Shown here: piece after piece, positions 21,101 to 29,092 of the stretch | Position numbering within the stretch: position 1 is the first letter of the stretch | How the letters are laid out: each line of letters opens with the position of its first letter | Source of the DNA: a virus | Taxonomy: Duplodnaviria; Caudoviricetes | DNA length: 64,000 nucleotides | Direction: 5' to 3' (one strand) | IMG/VR virus record: IMGVR_UViG_3300014204_013734 | Coordinates: 128,001 to 192,000 of that record | Made by a program: the position numbers and the translations under genes | Notes under the pieces: generated by a model | The model's input: the letters and a program-made list of their open reading frames with translations, nothing else | Database searches by the model: none | What the model was told of the DNA's origin: nothing

Positions 21101-24100
21101 TTGCTTAGTGGCACGAATGCTAGGGGGTGGCTTGAGAATCAAGATCAAAAAGGGGGCACGCGGTTGGAGGATTTCAAGCGCGAAGGCTACCGGAAATTCA
21201 AACATTGCGGTTATGTGTGGACGCATTTTGATATTCCAGGAAAAGAAGTTTTGACTAAAGGTCATTGGAATTTGGTTCATTCCTCGGATCTGGCGCGGGA
21301 AATTCCTCGGATATACAAGAGCGAACTTAAAGCTTTACGGAAACAGTATTGGGAAGATTCTAAAACCCCTACTACCCCGGCCGGAGTTGAAGAACAGAAA
21401 CAGCAATCCCTTGAATTTGCGGAATATTGGATACGTCGTCAGGACTGGTCCGAAATGTGCGAGGTGTTTGTTGAACCCCATATGGCGGACAAGACGGCGG
21501 CATTCACTGAAAGCGACTTGGAAACTGCCACCAAGGAGTTTGAAGAAGTTGTACAGCGTCTTACTGACAAGAGGGCCCTTTTTGAAAAAGCCTTTGCAAA
21601 CGAAAACGTTGATGACCCAAGGTATTTGCGACACAGGAAAATTGGGCTCAAGGCATGGATGGAAAAACCTTGGGCCTGGTTGGTTTTTAACGGGAATAAG
21701 TTGTCAAGAATCGTGTTGGAACGGAAATCAGTTCCTTCTGGGCAGGGGAAGGCTTTGGAAATGGCGGCTCGGACTTTCATGTCAGCCAAGCGTTTTCCTG
21801 CAGATTTTGAAGGGTGGATGGCCAAGAATTCAAAGTATGTGGCTTTCCTTCTGAATGCCGCGAAAACTTGGGAAGACAAGAAAGAAGGGGGTTCAGAACT
21901 ATTCAAGATCGGTCCATTCACTGTCCACAATACCATCGGGGCGGCGGATGCCGATTTGGAAGGTGTCCGAAAGATGTTTGAAGCAGCAACATCTGCTGTC
22001 GGACGATTGGGCGGGGATTATTCCGATTTCAAGAAGGTTCTTTACGGAGATGTGCTTGTCGTTGCCCGGTTGAGTCAGCCTAAAGTGATGGCTTGGTATA
22101 CCCCCAATGAGGATGCTGTTTATGTCCGGCAGATGAAGACCGCCGGGATTGACGATGTCCACAATCTTATTCACGAATTGGCTCATCGGTTTTGGAGAAA
22201 GTTTGCGGACGCTAAATTGAAGGCGCGTTGGGTACAACGTGATGACATTGTGCGGTGGGGGGATGATTGGTTCAAGGGTTTGAAGTTGCCTGGGATAGGG
22301 GACACCCTTCCAATTATCTTGAACAAGCAAAAGTATCCTAAGATTGTTGATTTGGACGCCAAGGTTTACAAATTGGCGGTGCCAACGATTTTGGATCCTT
22401 ACAATACTGTTTCCATCCCTCGGACCAAGGTTTTGGAATGGGTTCGGGAAGATGCCAAGAAGGAACAGTTTCCTACCCCCTATGCCGCCAGAGGAGGGGT
22501 AGAAGAACACTTCTGCGAAGCCCTTGCCCTCAAGGCACTCGGTAAGCTCCAGAAGAATCACGAAGAAGCTCTTGATAGAGTGTTCAGCGGGGAACCTGAT
22601 CCGAAGGAGATTGCGTTTGTCAAGGATGTTCAGGAGGCCCTGCGGAAACAGAATCCGTCTGTTGTAGCGTTCCGTCATCTGAAAAAGGCTGGGTTTTTCA
22701 ATGTTGGGGATAAAATTTGGTTCGGCAAATATAAAAACAAAGCCGGGATTATAAAGGGCTTTTCACGGGACCCAAAAGGCAATCCGACCGTCATCATTTC
22801 CCCTGTACCCCAAGGACGGAAGCAAGACAAGGAATTTGGCTTGTACAAAATCTGGCATGCCGATCCTGCCAAAAAGGTTGCCGTCCGTTGGATTTTTGGT
22901 TCCCCTGTCAGGGAACCTTGGCAAATGACGTTTGATGAGTTTCGGCGTGAAGTCAAAACCCAAAGAATTGAATGGAAAGCTGTTCAGACGTTTGAAGATT
23001 TTTTGAAAACGAAGAAGGTTGATCCAAAAGAGCTGCCTTCCCTTGAGGAAGAAGCTGACGTTTTGGGGGGTTTGCTTTTCAGTCGTCCAAATATGACGCA
23101 ACATGAAAAAGGTCGTTTGAAAGGAATTGTCCACAAAAAAATGCTAAAGGATAAGCTTGTTAAGGAATGGAAAGACACCGTGGACAAGGTTGAAACCCAC
23201 ACTGATCTTGATTTATCTAGAAGTTCCGATGCTGCCTATTTGAAGGTCCAGCACAAACGGGCTATCAGGAAGGCATTATCTGAAGGGAATCCAGTTCCTT
23301 CCGAAGTTCTTGCAGAATATCCCGACATCAAAACCGGGATGCGTGTCGCCCAGGATGATAGATGGGATCGTCGGAAGCCAGAAGCGTTCCGAACCCTGAT
23401 TCCCGAAGGTATTTCTAAGAGAATTTACCAAGAACAGATCGGGGAAGTCGGGGGTTTCAAGGTGTGGTTGGTAGACGGCATCGTAATTCGTGACAAAATT
23501 GATATTGATTTCACGGCAGGAGGGAACCCGTCAAGGTACGGTTACATTCCTGCGGATGAAATTTGGTTGGAAAAGACTGGGGATTCCCCATTCAGGAATT
23601 TTGATTTGGCCGCTACCTTGATTCACGAACTTGTTGAATCTTGGGTGATGTCAAACTTGGGGTGGGATTACGACAGGGCTCACGACACGGCTTCCAAATT
23701 TGAAAAGGGGTTCAGGAAGCATCCCCGACTGGTGCCGGAGAACCGGATTCTTTTGATTGCGGAATTCTTGTACCGGAAATGGTTGGGGAGTTCCATGTCG
23801 GGTCGGGTTGCCGCCCGTTACAAGGACAAGAAGACCGTTAAAGATAAGAACGGCGACGACATGGTCGTTTACGAATACAGTGACCGACAGATCGCCAACA
23901 GGAATCGGGAAAAGGCGGAACGGGTTGAAAAGCTCCGCGGCAAGTTGGACAAGCTGGTTTCTCAGGTCAAGAAAGACCTGAAGTCTGACGATGAAAAAAC
24001 CCGCATGACCGCCTTGGCGGTTGGGTTAATTAATGACGTGTACGAGCGCGTTGGAAATCCAGGATCCGCCAAGGACGGTCATTTTGGGGTCACTGGTTGG

Positions 24101-27100
24101 CTTGTCAAGCATGTGTCCTTTTCCGATGGGAAGGCCCTTCTTAAATATGTTGGCAAGTCGGGGGTTGAACAGGACAAGGAAACATCGGACGCTGGTTTGG
24201 TGAAAGCGTTGAAGGATGCCGTCAAAGGCAAGAAGAAGGATGATCCGATCTTTGAATTTGATGGAGGTCGGATCAGTTCAGAAACGGTGAACGAATATCT
24301 GAAACCTTTTGACATCACGGCGAAGGATATCCGTGGACTTCACGCCAACAAAGAAACGCAAAAGGCGTTGAAGGCTATCCGGGCTAAGGGCGGAAAGCTT
24401 CCAGAGGATAAGAAAGAACGGGAAAAGAAGCTCAAGGAGGAATTCAAGAAAGCTGTGGAAGAAGCGGCGGAAATCGTTGGACATGAACCTACCACACTTA
24501 AAAATCTGTATTTGGTTCCAAATCTGTACGAGGCGTTTATTGAAGACGGGACGGTCAAGGAAAACCTAGCGAAACAGAAAACAGCGTCCGTTGCTGCGGT
24601 AGATTTGGAAGAACAATTGAAGCTGTTGTCTCCTTCAGACCGTCACCGGTACGATGAACGGTTGAAGGAGGATCAGGAATTTAGGACTAACCAGGCTGTT
24701 ATCTTTTTGGATCGTCGTGTTCCGAAAGATCAGGTTGTCCGTCTTGAAAAGGAACGTTATCAGAAAATTTACAGGTTGTTGAAGGAATCATATAAGAAAG
24801 CACTACGAGATGGAAAAGATGTTTGGGTGCGAGGTGTTCCACAACTTCTTCCCTTGTTTTACAAATATGCCGTTGAAGCTTTGTCCGCTGAATTTCCAGG
24901 ACTTTCTTTTTCCAAACCTGTTGGATTTCTGATGAAAGATCACCAGAAGCCCCTTCGTTTGTGGGATGAAGCTGAGTATATCCATGACTACGTGGAAAAG
25001 AACCTGGGGAAAATTCATCGTGCTACCAAGACGCACGGGGAAAGGGAAGACGAGGAAGTCGCCGAATTGGTTAAGCCCTTGCCTAAGAAAAACCCCCCCA
25101 GGAATGATCTCCGGAAGGAACGCATGGAAGAGAACGACGGAGATGTAGGAAACCAGGGGGCCGACGAAGATAAAGACATGTCCTTGAATTACAAGCGGGT
25201 TGCCAACCGTTGGATTGAAGGAACCCAGAAAAAGCTATCTCCTGATCAGGAAACGCTTTTGCGTTCTTTGTGGTACAACGGGGATGATGCTGCTTTGGCG
25301 ACGTTCTTGGATTGGCCACGTTCCAAAGTCAAAAGAATTGTAGACCAGTTGCAGAAACTTGGTCTTGTGATTGTAGATTCCGACGGGATCATACAAGAAA
25401 ACACAAAGACAAATAGGATTGCCAACCGTTGGTTTCATTCCAAAAAAGACCTCATCAACGTTCGGAGAAAGGAAGATGGCAAGGTCGTTCAAGTCACCGA
25501 AGAGACCTTGAAGGAATCCCCTGATGAATATGAAACCTTGGAAGAAGGGGAACCCGAACCCGAACCCAAACCCGAACCCAAACCTGAACCTGAAAAGAAA
25601 GTTTGGGAATCAGATATGGGTTTGGTCAAGGATGATCAAGGCAAGGTGACTGGAGTTGATAAAGGCGGTAATGCCTTCAAGGAAACAGCCAAGGAATACG
25701 GGAAGGACACTGTTGAACTGGTTCTTTTCCTGCGTGCCTTTGCGCAGGGGGCCAAGATCAAAATCCCCCCTGCCCTTGCGAAAACGAAAGCCTGGAAGGA
25801 AATCTCCGATTATCCGGTTGAAACCAATCCGGCCCTTGTCAAGGGACTTTTGGAAGCCAAAGATTCCCCCTACAAGGAAGTTTTGGATGCGTTTGACGCA
25901 GCCACATCAAAGGGGAAACCTTCAATCATTCCCGAAAAGAAAAAAGAAGTTGAAGCCCCGACGGTCCAGGAAGGTGAATCCAAACCTGTTCCCAAACCGG
26001 AACCCGTTCCGGCCGTTGAAGAACCCGATACATCTGAAAAGGACTTGGATGCCGTTGTTGGTATGCTGGAAGTTGATCCTGACATGCAGGATGCTTCAGC
26101 AAAAATCACCAAGCGTTTATCCGACCCTAAAACCAGAGAAGAAGCGGTACGGGCATACCGGGAAACCTTTGACGAAGTCATGAATGAATTGAAGAACCAA
26201 GGGGGGGAAGGATTTGATGTGTCGGAATCCATGGCTACCGACCTTGGGGATGCTTTAAAGAATCCTGCCGGAGGGCGTGACGGAAAAGATTTGGGTCGCG
26301 ATTTAGCCCTTCATTCCATCGCCAAGCGTTTGGCGGATCCTGCTAATTTGGACGGGGTTGGTCTTTCGGAAGAGCCTTTGGATGAAATGACCCTTATTGA
26401 TCGGGGTGATCGTGCCCTGGAATTTTATGTCAAGTTTCCCGCTAATTTCCGTCAGGAAGTTGCTCGCCAAATGGTGGATAGGATCAGGGAAGCTAAGGAA
26501 AAAGGCGGTCCGCAAATACAGGAACTTGAACGCATTACTGCGGGTTTGCAAGCTGCTGCAATCGTTCATGATGATTTCAAGGACAAGAGGAACAAATGGC
26601 CCCTTTCTATTTCCCGTCCCGCCCCTGTTTTTAATGGGATTGTGAAATCTCTTTATGAAAAAGGGGATACTCGGGTTGTTGCGTCTTTCGGTATCGGGGC
26701 TCAAGGATTAGCTACGCCGGAAGGTCGGGAAAAATTGCGGCAGGCATTGGATTCCCTTGATGAAGATGAATTGTTTGAAGCGTTGGGCGGGGAGAAGGGC
26801 GAATGGGGTTTGATGATCCGAAACCTTAAGAAAGGGGGTTTGAGGGAAAAGGACAAGGCATGGTATTTGAATTTCATGAAGGAAATGACTGTTGGTGAAG
26901 TTACGACAGGGAATACGGTAGTGATGCAGGCGGCTACGAACGCCCAGGAAGTGAAGGCAAAGGCGGATAAAGAAAGAGAACGTAACCGGGAAGTGAAGCC
27001 GACTTCAGCCCAGATGGAACCTTCCTGGTCGGACTTAATTGATCCTAAATCCGAAAACACCATCGGGGAAGCGGCGGACGCTGTTCACAAAGATGCCCAG

Positions 27101-27439
27101 GGACGATTGCGGAAATTGCTTGAAGCTCTTTCCAAATGCTTCTTCGCTAAAGACGAAGCAAAAGGATTCCGGGATTGTTGGAATTCTTATTCTCATGGGG
27201 TCGGTATAGCACGTGGTAGCACCGGGAAGTTGGCCTTCAGTTCGGAGGAAAACGACGCCCCTAAAGAAGAAGAGATTTTAGGGTTTTTCCAGCTTCAACA
27301 GGCGGGGGCTTACCTGGAATCGGCGGAACGGAAATTCGGTCCGTTGCCGGTCAATAATCCACTGAAAGTCCAAATCCAGACTGCAATTCGTTTGGATGAT
27401 CCTTCAGAGTTGGATAAACGGTACGTACAGAAGAAATGA
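18143..27439 (+). CDS. Giant polyvalent protein: 2H phosphoesterase, class II CCA-type nucleotidyltransferase, three zincin-like domains, type IB topoisomerase, wHTH and unknown domains
   Basis: PHTTF and PHATI; VVGGAVRN...KDVDVV, EDVIRRDFTFN, NDPSRLIRAIKF; HEIGH (20741), HELAH (22172), HELVE (23624); RVGN, GKSG, KDIR and GHEPTTLKNLY (24047-24511). Confidence 0.88.
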   Translation: MQQTVSSAKDGRKTGDGSGVGFFIPLPPDLGAQFPDLGDEDRSNPHTTFLYVGEVPEEREAEFLEVSARVLGTLGGLVRGYLDHLDYFTQPDKDRKVAVMAIRFDKDLAALRWNLRDALLDAGFQVADGFPLLYKPHATIQYMEGLGSEWKGHVPSGSWSFDRMEVWGLPKLHSVYFGESVEGRVASRFLESMEHGVSVALMKFLSDVAKKAGVSKNTYVVGGAVRNFILGVPVKDVDVVIDSIASGKDSAWFAKKVKEAIPVPTSFVTNQYGVALLTVKGDWFVDGANLNGETIEIANARKESYGGEAGQGYKPHMVAPATIKEDVIRRDFTFNTLMWRLHDLSSGPDAAEILDITECGLKDLQAGEMRCPSDPDKTFSNDPSRLIRAIKFILKYGFKVPPEVEASIRRNGLKLRNVPPGHLSNMIIELFYEGGWGRRALEEMDKLGLLEVIKDIARTDKPFREALSNWADRKADISFLFDLIDIGMPTGRRLNFLTQPQKDRLREITVQWPAEKSDEFVNLLEQPGRIKGLAFGGLIQELGLQGPGIKALTDTVRQRLLDDPDLVRNPDKLRRLVGLGKTAGIDKPLDKDWLMAVRRGWLKLMNPAIRDYGDVLKAFNALDAFAENLQDQVLNVRRDLFTNDVRTDKVIAGIKRLREAISDSRYHAKFWSEWLDGTSVGFRLGEDRTADALKMLELYRTNFSDASGTSVKGRKSPSNPWANSRQVPLTYILDAVLKGLYEIAKKNLEVGESGDIPEYESFFREFSLGGMKILISDPKTHGKAIGAYVRQIGKAKHLLEAAGFAKDWRGLMMVQSSDWHVLTDTEREIYRRRGYDIQETAGQYRSGSDSIVLTSPPDWSLVLTIVHEIGHRHWSKYLDVSDRKRFADWIAEGLAPVSDYGKTNPSEAFAEVFAHYVNRKNMTRDQLESFKAVVNKTASEKKVLKNKKGCLILARVGGLSPVRQRNEAAPARKGLWAFLWPWFDTWLLSGTNARGWLENQDQKGGTRLEDFKREGYRKFKHCGYVWTHFDIPGKEVLTKGHWNLVHSSDLAREIPRIYKSELKALRKQYWEDSKTPTTPAGVEEQKQQSLEFAEYWIRRQDWSEMCEVFVEPHMADKTAAFTESDLETATKEFEEVVQRLTDKRALFEKAFANENVDDPRYLRHRKIGLKAWMEKPWAWLVFNGNKLSRIVLERKSVPSGQGKALEMAARTFMSAKRFPADFEGWMAKNSKYVAFLLNAAKTWEDKKEGGSELFKIGPFTVHNTIGAADADLEGVRKMFEAATSAVGRLGGDYSDFKKVLYGDVLVVARLSQPKVMAWYTPNEDAVYVRQMKTAGIDDVHNLIHELAHRFWRKFADAKLKARWVQRDDIVRWGDDWFKGLKLPGIGDTLPIILNKQKYPKIVDLDAKVYKLAVPTILDPYNTVSIPRTKVLEWVREDAKKEQFPTPYAARGGVEEHFCEALALKALGKLQKNHEEALDRVFSGEPDPKEIAFVKDVQEALRKQNPSVVAFRHLKKAGFFNVGDKIWFGKYKNKAGIIKGFSRDPKGNPTVIISPVPQGRKQDKEFGLYKIWHADPAKKVAVRWIFGSPVREPWQMTFDEFRREVKTQRIEWKAVQTFEDFLKTKKVDPKELPSLEEEADVLGGLLFSRPNMTQHEKGRLKGIVHKKMLKDKLVKEWKDTVDKVETHTDLDLSRSSDAAYLKVQHKRAIRKALSEGNPVPSEVLAEYPDIKTGMRVAQDDRWDRRKPEAFRTLIPEGISKRIYQEQIGEVGGFKVWLVDGIVIRDKIDIDFTAGGNPSRYGYIPADEIWLEKTGDSPFRNFDLAATLIHELVESWVMSNLGWDYDRAHDTASKFEKGFRKHPRLVPENRILLIAEFLYRKWLGSSMSGRVAARYKDKKTVKDKNGDDMVVYEYSDRQIANRNREKAERVEKLRGKLDKLVSQVKKDLKSDDEKTRMTALAVGLINDVYERVGNPGSAKDGHFGVTGWLVKHVSFSDGKALLKYVGKSGVEQDKETSDAGLVKALKDAVKGKKKDDPIFEFDGGRISSETVNEYLKPFDITAKDIRGLHANKETQKALKAIRAKGGKLPEDKKEREKKLKEEFKKAVEEAAEIVGHEPTTLKNLYLVPNLYEAFIEDGTVKENLAKQKTASVAAVDLEEQLKLLSPSDRHRYDERLKEDQEFRTNQAVIFLDRRVPKDQVVRLEKERYQKIYRLLKESYKKALRDGKDVWVRGVPQLLPLFYKYAVEALSAEFPGLSFSKPVGFLMKDHQKPLRLWDEAEYIHDYVEKNLGKIHRATKTHGEREDEEVAELVKPLPKKNPPRNDLRKERMEENDGDVGNQGADEDKDMSLNYKRVANRWIEGTQKKLSPDQETLLRSLWYNGDDAALATFLDWPRSKVKRIVDQLQKLGLVIVDSDGIIQENTKTNRIANRWFHSKKDLINVRRKEDGKVVQVTEETLKESPDEYETLEEGEPEPEPKPEPKPEPEKKVWESDMGLVKDDQGKVTGVDKGGNAFKETAKEYGKDTVELVLFLRAFAQGAKIKIPPALAKTKAWKEISDYPVETNPALVKGLLEAKDSPYKEVLDAFDAATSKGKPSIIPEKKKEVEAPTVQEGESKPVPKPEPVPAVEEPDTSEKDLDAVVGMLEVDPDMQDASAKITKRLSDPKTREEAVRAYRETFDEVMNELKNQGGEGFDVSESMATDLGDALKNPAGGRDGKDLGRDLALHSIAKRLADPANLDGVGLSEEPLDEMTLIDRGDRALEFYVKFPANFRQEVARQMVDRIREAKEKGGPQIQELERITAGLQAAAIVHDDFKDKRNKWPLSISRPAPVFNGIVKSLYEKGDTRVVASFGIGAQGLATPEGREKLRQALDSLDEDELFEALGGEKGEWGLMIRNLKKGGLREKDKAWYLNFMKEMTVGEVTTGNTVVMQAATNAQEVKAKADKERERNREVKPTSAQMEPSWSDLIDPKSENTIGEAADAVHKDAQGRLRKLLEALSKCFFAKDEAKGFRDCWNSYSHGVGIARGSTGKLAFSSEENDAPKEEEILGFFQLQQAGAYLESAERKFGPLPVNNPLKVQIQTAIRLDDPSELDKRYVQKK
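25549..25592 (+). repeat. Tandem 6-nt repeat encoding an EPEPEPKPEPKPEPE linker
   Basis: gaacccgaacccgaacccaaacccgaacccaaacctgaacctgaa. Confidence 0.8.
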
Positions 27440-27559
27440 AATCCAAAAAGATGAGACTTTTTACAATGGTTAGCTTATGTCAACGGCAGTAGTAATAGAG
27501 GGCATGCGTGTGCCCATGCTGCTGTCCGACTTTCAGGCTGCCATCCAAAGGAGGAGCTT

Positions 27560-28507
27560 ATGGCCAAGAAACTGACGACGAAGGGCGCGCTGTCCGTTAC
27601 AGGTAACCTGGATCGGCTCGCAAATTTGTTCCAGACGGAACACGAAACCTTGGGTGTAGAACCTAAGGTTGCTCAGGACTTCGCATATCGTTGCGATCTT
27701 CTCAGCGACGCCATTGAAAAGACTGCAGGTGTCGATCGGGTTGCGTTGACCGAACTGGATGTAGTCCAGGAATCCGGTTACGACCCTGAACAGATCGGCG
27801 AGGAAAAGGCCGGTCCTATGATTGGTGATGCCGACGAACCCTACATGAAGGGCAATTTCGGTCAGGAAGAGAAGCGGGAACTCCGTTATGACGTGGAACA
27901 GGGCAAGATTGGTCCTGACCGTATCGTCCCTGAACAGAAACCCCTCCAGCCCGGCAAACAGGCCGGATTTGAAGTTCTTGGCAAGCAAGCCGCCGTCAAC
28001 AGTTTGACCGGTTATGAAGGGGTTTTCCGTGATGCTTCCCTTCGGTTTGCCAACGCCGGGAATACCGATCTTGCCAAAGCGTTCTTGAAGCTTGCAAAGT
28101 CTACCATGGATGCCCAGGTTGGTATCCTTACGGGAACCCGTTCCGCAAGCAATATCAGTCGCCTCATGGAAGCAATCAAGCTTCTCGCTCCTCATGTCGC
28201 TGCCGTGAATCCGGCTTCCTACGGTGAAGTTTCCAAGATGGCAGACCTGGTTTTGAAGGTTGCCGGTGAAGACGAAGAAGAAGAAGACGACGACGACAAA
28301 GAAGACGCAGAACCGGAAGATTCCAAGGAAGCCAAAAAGGCTGGGAAGAAATCCGAAGACGAAGCCAAGGATGATGACAAGAAAGACGACAAAGACGAAG
28401 CCAAAGGCAAGGACGAGAAGAAGGATGAATCCAAAGAAGACTTCCTGAAGAAGATGCAGGAAGGCAAGGACAAGAAGTCCAGCCACGGTTTCAACCTGTC
28501 GGAATGA
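27560..28507 (+). CDS. Putative prohead core/scaffold-associated protein with D/E/K-rich tail
   Basis: AAGGAGGAG RBS; charged C-terminus; KTA, KQA and KVA motifs; located in the head module. Confidence 0.6.
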   Translation: MAKKLTTKGALSVTGNLDRLANLFQTEHETLGVEPKVAQDFAYRCDLLSDAIEKTAGVDRVALTELDVVQESGYDPEQIGEEKAGPMIGDADEPYMKGNFGQEEKRELRYDVEQGKIGPDRIVPEQKPLQPGKQAGFEVLGKQAAVNSLTGYEGVFRDASLRFANAGNTDLAKAFLKLAKSTMDAQVGILTGTRSASNISRLMEAIKLLAPHVAAVNPASYGEVSKMADLVLKVAGEDEEEEDDDDKEDAEPEDSKEAKKAGKKSEDEAKDDDKKDDKDEAKGKDEKKDESKEDFLKKMQEGKDKKSSHGFNLSE

Positions 28508-28511
28508 AGAA

Positions 28512-29090
28512 ATGACCCGCAAGAACGCGACATTGTCAGTTAACTACCAACAACGGGCGAAGCTATTTGCCGTAAACGATATTGTTTACCCGTTTTGGGG
28601 TTCCGCCGAAAAGACGGGACGTGTCGTGGCGGTTTACCCGGCAATTGGGATGGTTGATGTCGAATGGCCACACGGAAATGACCGTGTACCCGTTGAGGAC
28701 CTTCAGCAACTGAATCCCCACAGTCTGTTCCAACCTCCGTCCATCCCTGCCGGGGAAGATAGTATCCCCGGTGGGGCTGGGCAGGTTTCCGTATCCCCAG
28801 GACCAGTTAACAAAAATTCAGCTCTCCGTGTGGCGGCCGCTTTCATTAAGAAAGCCCTTTATTGGGCCGACAAAGACCGGCAGTACAAGGCCACGCAAGG
28901 GGAACTTGATGACAAGTGTTACCATTGCCCGAAGTGCGGGGAAGAACTGCGGAAGGCAATCTACAAACGTCGTGATGGCGCCAGTGTCCATCTTCTCGGT
29001 TGCGGAACATGCTTGTTCCTGATCAAAAAAGAAGACATCATTGGCGATCCTGAATATGCGGGTCCGAACATCGAAATAGAAGGTGTTTGA
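28512..29090 (+). CDS. Hypothetical protein with C-terminal zinc ribbon
   Basis: CPKC...CGTC; RVAAAF and KKA motifs between its two domains. Confidence 0.7.
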   Translation: MTRKNATLSVNYQQRAKLFAVNDIVYPFWGSAEKTGRVVAVYPAIGMVDVEWPHGNDRVPVEDLQQLNPHSLFQPPSIPAGEDSIPGGAGQVSVSPGPVNKNSALRVAAAFIKKALYWADKDRQYKATQGELDDKCYHCPKCGEELRKAIYKRRDGASVHLLGCGTCLFLIKKEDIIGDPEYAGPNIEIEGV

Positions 29091-29092
29091 CC

